Origin: Vermamoeba vermiformis
Taxonomy: Eukaryota
Assembly (NCBI GenBank): GCA_045837725.1
Contig: JBEWZL010000012.1
Location: forward strand, 124,001-188,000
Length of the DNA stretch: 64,000 bases
Reading direction: 5' to 3'
Of this stretch, positions 30,450-43,275 are shown one piece after another (the stretch's first letter is position 1; every line of letters begins with the position of its first letter). A model generated the notes under the pieces. It was not told the DNA's origin and did no database searches. It saw only the letters and a program-made list of their open reading frames with translations. A program made the translations under genes and the position numbers.

Positions 30450-32474
30450 TCAATTCGAGTTCTGTTGGATCACGGCACGGGGCATGAACTTTTCAACGGA
30501 CGTTTCAATGAGCTGTTGAAGAGCGGGACGAAGAGCTAAAAAAACAACATTAGGCCTGGTATATATATACATTTAATACTACTTACATTCTATATTATCA
30601 ATCTCTAGTCTCTCCATGCACTTCTGCACGAACTCAGCATTCGTCGAGATCTCGATAACTGGAGCAGAAAGATTATTAAGCACTATATATTATAGTATTA
30701 TACTTACTGTTAGAAATACTTTCAGTTAGTTCATCGGTCGCTACTTGAAAGTCCTGTAATTTCTGAAGTCGCATTAGTTGACACGTGTCAAACTTGGATC
30801 CGCGTCACTTACCGCCATCTCTCGCTTTGACACGAGCTCAATCTTACTCTCTTTGAGCTCTTTCAACGAGTCAATGAGTGCATTGACCAGTGTCGAGCCC
30901 ACGACGATCTGCTTGTCCACATCAAACGCCTCTGAAATGATACAGGAGAAGTTAGATCTAGGTGCCGTTCATGAAAATGAGACTTACTGCAGGATTGATT
31001 GTGCTCGATAATAACGAGAATGTTTGATATTGTCGAGGCCTCACCAGCGCTAGTGCGAAAGTAGTACCCGATCGGCACATCCGCAACGATCATTTCATCT
31101 GCAAGACGCAGATCAGACCTATGTGACCGTAACTAGCGTTCCTATATATACCAACCCAGCTCAATGCCAATGCCGTGGTCTCCGTTCCAATTCTTGTTCA
31201 AGAGTTGCTCAACAATCTGTTGTGTGGGTAAGGCAACAATCCCGTCTTGAATGACCTTGACCTGGCAACAAGAATAAGTTAAGACTTAAAGACTAGTAAT
31301 AGCTATTATATATTACCTCTATGAATGGTCTATTAGTAGGGGCGTCGCTATGACAATTGACGAGCACGTGCATGCTATTCTTGCCTTTTTTGCCACACAT
31401 GCGGTCGATGGTCTTCTCAGGCCTGTAGTACGCAGTCACATTCGAAGAAATCGTCGAATTGAACGTTCTAGGCTTGTACTCGACGGCTGCATTCAAAGTC
31501 ACTGCAGGTTGATTGTCTAATTGATAGTCGAACGCGATGAATGGATTGAACAACAAGCACTCTTCGAGTACCGGTTCAATCGTGTAGAACTCGCCGTAAA
31601 CATCACCGCAGAGCTTGAAAATAGATAGCGTTAATTTATATATGGCTATTATGATAGAATAGAACGTACGAAAAGGGTAACTGACGAAAGCAGATCCGTC
31701 TTTCTCGGCTCCAACGGAGATCGAGTTTGCTTGGCTTGCCATACTGAAGTGATGCTCTCTTCGGTAAGAATCCACTCTCGTTGAATACCGCCTATATATG
31801 GTTAGTCTAAATATAAAGCAGAGTCCAATAGCTTACTGCTTTGTTCAGCGGTTTGGATTTGAATCGTTTGATCCAAGGTTGCGAAAGCAGTCTCGTTGGT
31901 ATTAAAGCTTAATAATTCGGCCAAGCGATCTGCGTCATCTTGGTACATTTCTGCCGAGGTTGAGACTGTTCAGAAAACGTTAGGTCAGATCGAGGCAGAT
32001 TTGTAAAGGTCAAAAACAGACTTACTTTCGATTTTAAAATATGATGCATAAGTAGAATGAGGCATTCTAGTAAGCTTCATCGATATGGCCGAGGTCTTTT
32101 TTGCCTCGCGTCTATCCTGACGGCACTTTCGAATTAAGCCAAAGAGAATCTGACAAAAGAGGCATTAATGTAGCCGAGTAGTGACAATTCTAAACAATAC
32201 TTACTAGTAGTAAAGGACTATGATTAGATTTTGCTATCTCGACTTCAACTTTCTTTTTCTGACGCGCAATCTGCTTCTTCTTTTTCGGGATCTTCTCTTT
32301 GTTGCTCGGCGGCTCGGTGGCTATCGCTTCATCCAACGCTTCGTAAGCATTGAGGTCAGGTATATCATACTCAGCTGAAGAAGGCTTGAACCGCTTGGCA
32401 GGAGTGCCCTCATCCGCATCTTTGTAGACGGCTTTCTTTCTCTTCTTCGAAGACTCTGGCACCAATGTCGACAT
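30450..32474 (-). CDS. Hypothetical protein, possibly Topo VIB-like (TOP6BL/MTOPVIB-like); paralog 1 of 3
   Basis: NLS-like KKRKK; LEECLLFNPFIAFDYQL; HVLVN..PFIE|VKVIQDG; NWNGDHGI; C-terminal LIDSLKELK...ESISNIIEISTNAEFVQKCMERL. Confidence 0.5.
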
Positions 32475-32722
32475 AATGGATCGTTGCTTACAGTAGAAAG
32501 GCTTTGAAAACAATTCCTAAAATTTGGCACTAAAAGGCGTGGCGCGTCGGTCTTAAAATTGAAGAAATTTCCAGCGGGGCAAAACATGCTTTATTTCGCA
32601 GCTTTATGTGAAATGAAAGCTCTACTCTGAGTCCAGCGAACAAATAGTGACCTGATTAGTTCGCTTCAAACAACATCTGAGAAATTAATGAGCTTTTCAA
32701 ATGGACAAATTGTTCGATCTAC

Positions 32723-34089
32723 CTAAACTCGAAGCTCGCTGCTCTTGTAGGCCTGATATTGGTAAAAACCGTATCAATACGAGTGATCTTGTATAATCTT
32801 GCTTGATTACCTCGTATCGGATATTTAACTGCTTAACAGCCGCCAATACGTTCTCCACAATCGTACTGGGAACGATTTTACTTTCATATTCAAATAAGCC
32901 TGCGTACGTATTAGTAATCGATGTGACGGAGTAAATATAATGGCAACCTTGTGATGAAGAGACCTCAATGAATATGACCAAGTTTTGCAACTGCAGCGGA
33001 TGTGGTCTGAGTTGAAAACCGGATATTGCGTCTTCTAGCAATAAATATGTTATAGATTACATTAGACAGTATACTACTTACGTATCGTAAGCGGTTCAGA
33101 GCCCTCGATTGGCCACGGTTCGCTGACTAAGCGAGTGATGAGTGGCGCGGGAATTGATTTGATGACACCATTAACGGCAATGTAGAGCTATAAGAAAGTG
33201 CTCTATAAGACATATATCATAGTATATTGTTAGGTACCGATCTCACCTCGGCTACGGATGTTGATTTAACAGCCTTGCAGTTCACCAAGACGTGTGTAAC
33301 GGCAGATCCAGCCTCGAGCACGTAATCAAATTCAGATCTGAACTGCAGCCTTAACTTATCGTCTACTGATAATGCCCCGTCTTCGTTGACTATATTGATA
33401 ATAGGATGGCAACCGATGACGTTAAGCTGGGCTACGAATTGAAGCGACGGATGCAGAAGGCAACTTCTCGCGCACATCGTGCTGACTGCGTCCAACTCTT
33501 GAGGCAAATCGCCAATGGCCTGTCAAAGTTATATTTATATCAATACGGATTGAATAACTTACGCAAACTTGCAAGAGAGTGCCTTGCGGCGAGTTCACTA
33601 TATCCAGATCGATCTGTTGGACGAGCTTAGGTCTCCAAACATTTTGTTGTTCCCATTGTAGCACCCAAACGGATTTATCCATCGCTAATTACTGTTAGTA
33701 AAACACTTTGAGTACCCTAGTACTTACCACTAATGGTTTCAAGACAAAATGTACTTAGTTGCAACTCGCAGAAATGCGAAAATGGCCCTCTGGTACTTAA
33801 TAACTGTCCTAAAGACTCTATCTCGTCGAATGAGAATTGTTTTGAAACAAACACTATAAACAGAATATTAATTTTCGAAATATATATTGAATACGTCAAT
33901 TTGTAACGAACCGCAGACTTGAAAGTAGGAGGGGTAGTCTTTATGGATGACCTGAGTTGCTTTGACATACATCTCTTGGTTTTGACTACGATAACATTTC
34001 CGAAGAAAGCCATTAACGAGCTACAAACAAGTTCCGTTCAGTTTACATCCGCGCTTAAAGGTATCACTTACTAACGGAACAATGCTCAT
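32723..34089 (-). CDS. Hypothetical protein, paralog 2 of 3 (start uncertain)
   Basis: CLLHPSLQFVAQL; THVLVNC..AE|LYIAVNG; EPWP; QNLVIFIE. The blocks are in the same order as in both neighbours. Confidence 0.45.
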
Positions 34090-34499
34090 TTGATTAGGAT
34101 CTGTACTATGGTTGGTGTTCTTGGCAATAATAATACTCTTCTATGAGATACAAGAACATGACGACAAAACTTGACTGAGCCAAGGAAATTTCGCTTCCCG
34201 CCACTTTTCCATGAAGTCTTGGTGGACGATTGTAGAACGTGCACCTTCGTAATTTATTACATCCTACCCGATGATATTAGAATTTTTATGCAACTAAAAC
34301 GTGCGCTCTAACAAAAAAACAATAATTAATAATTTATAAATTCTCATTTCACTTATTAAAAGATTCAACTAGTATGAACGATATATAATATAGTAATATT
34401 ACCTAACTTGAGTATGAAGGCGCACGATAAATGGGTAGATCCTCAGTTCTTAACTGCTTAAAAGGATTCGCTCCATTTGGATAAAGGCAGCTCGCAGTA

Positions 34500-36433
34500 T
34501 TATGAATATTCCTTTAAAGCTTCATAATCAATTGTTACATAAATATAGATGCATCGTTCAACTGTGGTGTTGCATAAATTGGTCTGAGATCAAAACTGAC
34601 CCGCGATCAACATTGCTAGTTCGTTCCCAAGCCAAGATAGTCAATACTGACGAAATAAGCGCTCGATGCATCGTAAACGAATGTAGTGTCGCTCATTACC
34701 ACCTCGCTAGGCACCACTGTCTTGTCCAGTTCAAATCCACTCACGTAGAAGTCGTGCAATGAGTCTGCCGCTGCGGCCACTTGAGCGTCACAACGTGGCA
34801 CTGAAACCGCTCTGTATTCCTCGCCAGCAACACTATCATTTGAATGAAGGCTGTTGTCTGATCTAGAAGCCCCAGGCTCATTTACAGACGGGCCAGACTT
34901 GTTCCTGGATCTGAGTGATCTGACGCGAGGAGCGAAGTCTGGACGCGGATGAAGTTCCGGGTAAGAACTGCGCAACTTCTCAAAGCCTAACGAGACCCAT
35001 TTGGACAGAACAGAAGGCAACTTAGTCACCGGTTCATCGCCAAACGGTCGGGCTAAAAGTGGGATTAACAATCGCTTAGTTACTAGTCTAAGACTACGTA
35101 CGAGGAATAGACGGCACCCACTCGATGATAATCAGCAAGTTCTTGATGCGAGACTCTTGGATTGGTCCGCTCGTGTGGTAGTAAAAGCCCACTGGCACAT
35201 CATTGGCCTTGTACACGTCATCTGAAAATCAGTTAGGAATCAACTTAATATGCATTACACCAATAACCATGACGTACCTATAACGATACTAGTCTCGGGC
35301 CAATCAGTCTTCATAAATGCAGTCAGTGCTTCGAGCGTTGGCTCCACGAAGAAACCGTTCTGCAGCACTTTGAGCTAGAATTTGCTGTTACACCACTTGT
35401 CCACAACAATAAATCAGTCCTTACCTCGATAAAATGTCTCTCGTGTGCGGAAGTAGTTGGATTAACAAGCATATACATTTTGTACTGACGCACTTTCTGT
35501 CCCTCCATCACATCCACTAACTCCGTCGCGCCATAAAAGTGAAGTAACGATGCTCGTTTATAGGCCTTGCTGGTAATTGGGTAGCCCATATCTGCCGCTC
35601 TTAGAGTAGAGGCGAACGACATGGTCGGATCCGTCGCTTTGAACTCAAGATTTATAGAGATGTAAGGCGAGTAAAGCAAGATCTCAGCCAGAACTCCTTG
35701 CCACGGGATCAGGTCGGCCTTGAGGTCGCCTTTGACCTAACATATTAATATTAATATACTGGATAACTAACTATATTTAGTGCTAACTTACAGTAAAGAA
35801 CAAAACACTCTTGACATCCGCAGGCTGAATAAGGATAGTTTCTTCCGTCGCTATACGAAGTTGATAGTCATCCGGCGTCATTGTTATTGTTTTAATCTTA
35901 TGTTCTGACAAAATGAATAAGAAGATAAACACAAAGCCTTTTTTGGATGGATTACCAGTCCAGATCCGGAGTGTAACGGGCGTGTCCAAAGATGCTCGAA
36001 CACCCTCGTTAGTAAAGAATGATTCGAAGAGCTCCCTAAGAGCCCCTATATAGCCAGAGTCGTCCAGAGCAACATTCGTCATTACTAACCAAATTTAGAA
36101 TTTCTTTGGATTTGGATCGACCTACCTCCGACAACAAAATCCGAACTATCGCGTCGTTCTAATATAGACATATTGATAAGAGGCATGACACACGCATTTT
36201 TGGCAAATTCCTTATTACATTTCATAATAAAGCCTTTCAAAACCTGCAGACGTTTGGTGTCAATAAAATAATAAGTAAGTACGCTTAATTATTACCTGAA
36301 GCATCAGTCGATCATATCTCGAGAACGTAGTAATCGTTTTAGCGCTCGGTGGCTTGTCTTGTCGTCTCCTATTTTGAAGCCTCTTCGCGAACAATTTGTC
36401 GAGAGCTTCGGTGCTAGTCTCTTGGCGGCTCAT
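34500..36433 (-). CDS. Hypothetical protein, paralog 3 of 3
   Basis: GALRELFES; LAEILLYSPYISINL; YMLVN..HFIE|LKVLQNG; TDWP; DVPVGFYY; KNLLIIIEW. Confidence 0.5.
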
Positions 36434-36965
36434 ATTGATTATGCACCGTCTTCAACAACTAATACGAAGCAAATAAAAATGAAAGAAATTTGCCTCGAGC
36501 CGCTACAAAGAGGCCATATCTCGTCTTTTTTTTGGTGAGATTTCTGGCGATATGTCCTATGTAATGCGCATACGGTTGCAATGAAATTGTGATAATAATT
36601 TAGAATAATAGAACAAAATGGAATGTCTATAATGCTGGTATTACTCTTGGATGCAGTTAAACAGTTTAATTTTTAAAAAAAAATTACGGAATATTCAAGC
36701 CCGGAATAGGAGAGTTTCCCAAGCCAGTAAAAAAACGTATCAATATAAGTAGTATCTAATTAATATAGAATTCGTTTAAAAGACTCATTAAGACTGTCTA
36801 GTTGGATCGGGCTAGTTACCGTTATGATTGCAAACGCGATTATCAATTCATTCAGTGCAGTTCTATGCCAGAATATCACATCTAGATTTGAACCCGCACT
36901 GTGGTGATATTGTAGATTGACAGATAATAAGTAAACAAGATATTTTTTGATTGATACGGAACACA

Positions 36966-39900
36966 ATGCTCCGCAAGGGTCTGCAAGTAGCGCTCAGTAG
37001 CAGCAAAAGAATTCCTCATGTGCACACGGCTAATTGTCCGTGCGCTATGATGGCCGACAAAGCGTTTTATTTGCGTGGATGGGATAGCATCACGAAATTT
37101 AGTGAAGAAAATAAAGAACAATTATTCAAGGTATGGATACATTATATACTTATGATGGGCTTATTTAATTTCCTGTTAGTATTAAATTGCGATTTATTTA
37201 TTTTGTCTTTTCAAAGATCTAATTTCAGGTGCCTCAAAAAATACCTTCTAATCACTTCATAACAATATAAACTGTATTAACGTAATTATTAATACCATTT
37301 TAATAGGGCCAAATTAAGCCGAAGCACGTCCGTTACCATTCTACTGAGCCTCCTCAATCCACTGACTACGCCTTTGAAATGGCGACTTCAAATGTTAGGT
37401 ACGTGTATTTATTATTCATTAATAATTATATTCATATTTTCTAACTTATTATAACGCTAGATATGGTCCAGGTGTCACGCGAGAAATCGGATGGGACGTA
37501 AAAGACTTAAAGGCAAATACAGTGGCTGTATTTACGGACCCAGTAAGTATAAAGAGATTGATTGTATTATTTTACGCAGCTTTAATAATTATTCTATTGT
37601 AAGAACTTGAAAAAGATCAAGAATTCGCCGGTGGATGTCGTTTTGCAATCTTTAGTTGATAATGGCGTTAAATACGAGCTCTATAGGTACTATAATATTA
37701 ATATATTATAATCATATGCACTAATCAATTCGTAGCAATGTCCGTGTGGAGCCTACAGATGAGTCGTTCAAAGAAGCAATTCGATTCGCTTCTCAAAAGA
37801 ATTTCGACGCATTTATTGCAGTAGGGTACGTTAATATATTACTATAGTTATTACATATCAATATTTTAATACTGAACTTATCCTTTTAGAGGCGGATCAG
37901 TCATGGACACGTGCAAAGCAGCCAATTTGTATTCGACGTACAAAACGGATAATTTTCTCGATTATGTTAATCCTCCTATTGGTAAATATACTACAATAAT
38001 ATAGCATATAGCCTTCATTGAGCATTAATTGAATGATCATCAAATTCAACGGATGTGTTTCTAATACTAGATCAGGCAAAGGCTTGCCTCCACCGGGTCC
38101 CTTAAAACCTCTTATTGCAGTACCTACTACAGTAAGTATTCTTCTTATATTTTAATATTAATTGCTATTTACCAAATCGTGTATTGTAGGCTGGTACTGG
38201 CAGTGAGACTACAGGTGTTGCAATCTTCGATTTGCTTGAAATGAACGTTAAGACTGGCATTGCTCATCGCTTGCTCAAACCTACATTAGCTGTAAGTACA
38301 ATAATATCAATAAGAACTTCGTGTAACGGCAGATTAGATCCGTATTAAAATTTTATTAGCTTACTAATCGTATTTTAACAGATTGTGGATCCCCATAATA
38401 CTCGTACCGCGCCTGCTACAGTAGCCACTGCATCGGGCTTCGATGTCTTGTGCCACGCTTTAGAGTAAGTCGAGATCCGATCCAAACTGAGAATTGCTGA
38501 AAAAAAATTAACCTATTGTCTTATTGTAGATCTTACACTGCTACACCATACAATCATCGCTCTCCACGACCTCCTAATCCGAAGATGAGACCTGCTTATC
38601 AAGGCGCTAATCGTATCCTTTCAATTCAGAAATTTAAGCACAAGATCTAGCTCGGAAATTATATTATTTGACCCATAAGGAGTGAGGCGCACCTCCCTCT
38701 CGGGCACGACCACACTAACAAGAATGCACCGCTTCCCGTCCGATCAGCGAAGTTAAGCTTGTTCAGGCCTTCTTAGTACTGGGGTAGGAGACTACCTGGG
38801 AATCGGAGGTGTTGTGCTCTTTACTTTTTTTTTCCTTTTTGCTCTAGGTTGGTAATTTCCCGGTAGGGCAAATTTCTTGGGCTAATGATCTACTCCAGCA
38901 TTCAGGGCTATCCATTTTTATTTTTCGTACCGGATCTGATCTGGAGCATTTTTTTTGTTTTGTTTTGTTTTACCTTGACGCACTTACCATAGCTATCTCC
39001 GATGTCTGGTCATTAAAGGCACTGGAGATGTTGTCGCAGTACTTTGTTCGCGCCGTTGAAAATCCTGCTGATGAAGAGGCCAGATCTAACATGATGCTCG
39101 GTAAGATCCGTCAATAATGCCAAAAATACTCTTTAATAATCTTACCATCCCTTATACAATGGTACTTATATTTATTTTCAGCTGCCACTTATGCCGGCAT
39201 CGGATTTGGTAACGCAGGAGTTCATTTATGCGTAAGTCTGCTTTGATTGGTCATATCGCCTGATACTCACGTCATATGTCCTATTCTCAGCACGGCATGT
39301 CCTATCCAGTCAGCGGCATGGTGCGCTCTTATCAGCCAGAAGGTTATCCGAAAGACCATCCGATTATTCCGCACGGATGTGAGTACTGATTTAGAGAATA
39401 TACTCTTAGTGATCGTATTATATTCATATCAACATTTCCTATTAGTATCCGTCGCTCTTCATGCTCCTGCTGTTTTCAGATTTACTGCCTCGGCAAATCC
39501 ACAAAGGTACCGTTACACTCCTTTCTTTCCATAACATATTGTGCGCCTATCTATTTGATAAATATACAGCATAATAGACTCACAATATAATATCAATCGA
39601 TCACTGAAGCCATTATATGCTACCCTATTGAAATTTACATCCACGACCAATTCCATTAATTTTATTTCCATTTTTAGACATTTGCAAGCAGCACGTGCTC
39701 TCGGAGTAAACACCACCAACCTCCGCGAAGAAGATGCCGCTAAAGCCCTGGTCGATCGATTGCTGCAGATCATGAACAGACTCAAAGTCCCGAACGGTCT
39801 CAAAGCCCTCGGATTCACTGAAAATGACATTCCTGAACTCGTGCAAGGTACTACTAAATATAGAGCACGTGATTTTAACGAAATTTCATTAACTTTTGAT

Positions 39901-40095
39901 TTGCAGGCACATTGCCACAACACCGTGTGATTAAATTGTCACCGAGACCTGTTGGTACGTCATTAATAGGAAATATTAATAATATACTCCTCACTATTGT
40001 AATTTAATAATATAATTAAGCTCTGATCTGACTAATTCTTTGTAGGCGAACAAGAACTGACTGCGCTGTTCAAAGCATCGATGAACATTTACTAG
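36966..40095 (+). CDS. ADHFE1: Hydroxyacid-oxoacid transhydrogenase (iron-containing ADH family), mitochondrial, highly intron-rich
   Basis: [104 protein letters not shown] and IPHG. Confidence 0.96.
38613..38992 (+). other. U12-type (minor spliceosome) GT-AG intron
   Basis: 5' site GTATCCTTT; branch site TACCTTGAC (38971-38979) lies 11 nt before the AG. Splicing restores the conserved QGAN|PISD. Confidence 0.85.
38702..38820 (+). rRNA. 5S rRNA gene, intronic
   Basis: 119 nt; terminal helix GGGCACGAC/GTTGTGCTC; CCCGTCCGATC, GAAGTTAAGC (box A), TTAGTACT and GGGAAT; oligo-T Pol III terminator directly after. Confidence 0.95.
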
Positions 40096-40445
40096 ACAGA
40101 TGTGTCGTTGTATTGTAATAATAAATCCTATAATCCAATCCAACAATCCATGCTAACTGCTTGTGCTTCATTGCCTAACTTCATCAATGCTGGAATAGCA
40201 CTGTGTTTGACTCAACAAAGGATGGTTTGTGGTCACTCATCGACGGATCGGAATACGTTGTGACACGTGTCAAACGTACCATTAATGAGCCGCGAGTAAG
40301 AGATGCTGAGCAGTCACTTCGGCACAATATTCGTGCGCTGTGCTGTAACTACTAGCCGAAAGTATTGAGTAGTTGTGTTACGTGGAATCGAATGATAGTT
40401 ATTTGTGGTAGTACTAACAAGTCTATTTGTTTTGAAGGACTAAAA

Positions 40446-42771
40446 TTACAAGGGTTTATTTACATTAATATTCGCAAGGTTGTTATTGTTGTTATTATTA
40501 TTGCCACTAGCCTCTAACAGCGCCAAACACTTCTTTTTCCAATCTTCAACTAGATCTTCGAGCTCTTTAATTCTATTGCCTTTTTTCTTCAATTTTTTCT
40601 TCGCTTTACGATACTTCTCGCTCTTTTCTTTCAATTGGAACTCTATTAGCTCTTTATAACTCGCTGTACTATTAAAAGTCTGATTTGTATTCGAAATTTG
40701 ATTATTTTGATGCAGATCCGCTAAAATAACGCTATATCCACTAGAGCTCATCTTATCGTACTTAGAATATATATCCGTGACTGATAGCTTAGTATTATCA
40801 TTTTCATCTTGTTTTTTGGCTCGTTTCAGCGTTCTAAATTAAAAACTATTAGTCGCGGATTCGATCCGAAAAATTATTTTCGCTTCATTAATGATTATAA
40901 GCGTGTTAATTACATATAATTCGCATACATACCCTTTTCGAGATGAAGAAGATGTATTTGCATTGTTTTCTTCTTCTGCAAAGTTGATTTTTTTCTTTGG
41001 CGACTCTTTGCTCTTTTTTGAACTAACAGATCCATAATTATTGTCTTTAATATGATCCTTATTACTGCTATTTCGTTTAATTTTCTTCTTTTGATTCTTT
41101 TGTACTGCTTCTCGTAATTCTTGTACTTCTTTAAGCAAATTTTCATTGGCTATTTTTTCGTTGATCAGATCGCGCATTTCTTGACGCATTTTATTGAACT
41201 CTAAATGCATTTCTGCCTTGAACGATGTAAAATTTTGCTCTAAATACAGTATTAGTAATTTATTCAAGGCAAACAGAACAGATCTAATTCATGAAAAAAA
41301 AAACTATTTTTAGATCTTGCTTGAACTTACGTAATTCTTCTTTTAATGATGCACTATTATTAGTAGACGATGTATAACTATCGATCCTATCGCTCGTATC
41401 GCTAAATCGTTTCCTCATATTATTGAGATCGAGATTCGGATCCAAACTCAAACTCATAGCTGCACCAGTAGTTCTCTCGCTCAAGGTAATATTATTTTCA
41501 TTTTTTCTAGGACTAGTTCGCGTCATTAATGACATTACGCCATTAGTTCGGTGCTTTGGCCGAGTACTTTTAATTGCAACTTTTCTATTCTCGGCAAGTT
41601 CCGACGCTAAAATAAAAATAATGAGTAATCGTGCGTATAATATGTTTATATATGATGTATATAATGTTTATAGTATTTAGTTAATGATTTTGAAGCGGAT
41701 CTAAGAGTTTCCGAAGAATGTACCGGATCCAACTAAAAAAATTTAGATTTGCTAAGCGAGATTTATCGACATTAAATATCGCTTCGTCATATATACTTCA
41801 TCGTTTAATAATATATCGCATTACATATTGCAAAATGTCATTAAAGTTGTAGAATTTTTTAACGGTTGAAAAACAACGGAGAATTGCAATTACAACAATT
41901 AAATTTTGAGCTACAAAATAGGGATAATAGCGTGATATTATTGCCCATATTACATGTATCTTATATGAACTTTAATATCAAGCATTTCATTATCGCGCCT
42001 TTTCAGATTTGCATTCAATCGAAAGATTTTGTACCAAATAAAGATTGAGCTCCATTAATATGGTCTTTACATTATTATATAAACATATTATCATCTCATG
42101 TTATTTTTTTAATGTTTGTTTTGTTTTCAAACGAGATCGAGCGGAGAAATTGTGTTTCAATTCTCGATCAAGGATTGTATTAACGTCGAATGGCATAATG
42201 AAGCCATATATATTCTAGAGTATATATATTTACTTACATTCTAAAAATTCCGCGTCCCAATTCAGCGCTGGTAAATGAACGGATTTGCGTTCTTGTCTTG
42301 GCGTGTTGGAAGGTATTTTGTACTCTTCAATATCAGGCAAAGAACTCGTGCGCCTTATTAACCTAGTAGTATATAAGATATGATTAATATCGCGCTCGAT
42401 AAAGAATCAGGTCTTTGCGAAGATCGAGCCGGTAAAGAAATCTGCTAACAAAAAAACTTGGCTTGCATTAATACTAAAAATATTATGCTCATATTTTAAT
42501 ACAGTATTGCTATTATATATTCATACAGTCAATCATATTAATTTCTTTATATAAAGCTGTATAATTTTTAATGTGAGACTTTGAGGTGCATCCGCTTAAT
42601 TCCTAATGCAATAATTACTTACTTCCTACTAGCAGCAACACTTTCAACTTGCTTATTAATTTCTTTACGAACTCTTTTTTTGTGTTTTGAGTCGGAGGCA
42701 GATCCGCTATCGGAACGGCCAGATCTCGCTGTATTCTTACTCTTCGTTGGCGATTGTGTTGTACTGCTCAT
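40446..42771 (-). CDS. Low-complexity Ser/Lys/Asn-rich coiled-coil protein of unknown function
   Basis: Collinear minus-strand exons with splice sites; heptad-like segments LKEELRKFKQDLK, LLKEVQELREAVQ and RIKELEDLVEDWKKK. Confidence 0.6.
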
Positions 42772-43275
42772 TATATATGGAGGTCTATCTAATCCGCATG
42801 ACGTGGAGCAGCTTTTATTGTTGTGTTCGGTGGAATTCGGAATGGTAAAATGGTGAAATGTCGTTCTGTTAGTCATTCGTCGTACAAACGGCTTTCAAAC
42901 GACAGAAATTCGACACCAATATTAGATGAATGCTGCATAATGACCATATAAAGTATAGACTGCCAAGCAACAAAATCTGTTTTCGAATCTATTGGCCAAT
43001 CGATTTTATTTGCTTGAAATTGCCTCTTAAGTACATATTAGATGATAAATTATAGTAGATCGAGCCTACATTATATAAAAATCCGTAATTAATGTTTAAA
43101 CGGAGATAGGTTTTTTGCTCTTGCAACAGAAACGGATGGAGGCATTAGTTAGATTTTTAAAATCATTTATTATTAGAACAAAAGCAAAAACGGATATTTT
43201 ACAAGAAAATTTGACAAGACAAAGAATTATTTGGCTGGATTCGCTAACTTTCTATTATAATTCTCTTCAAGCCCT

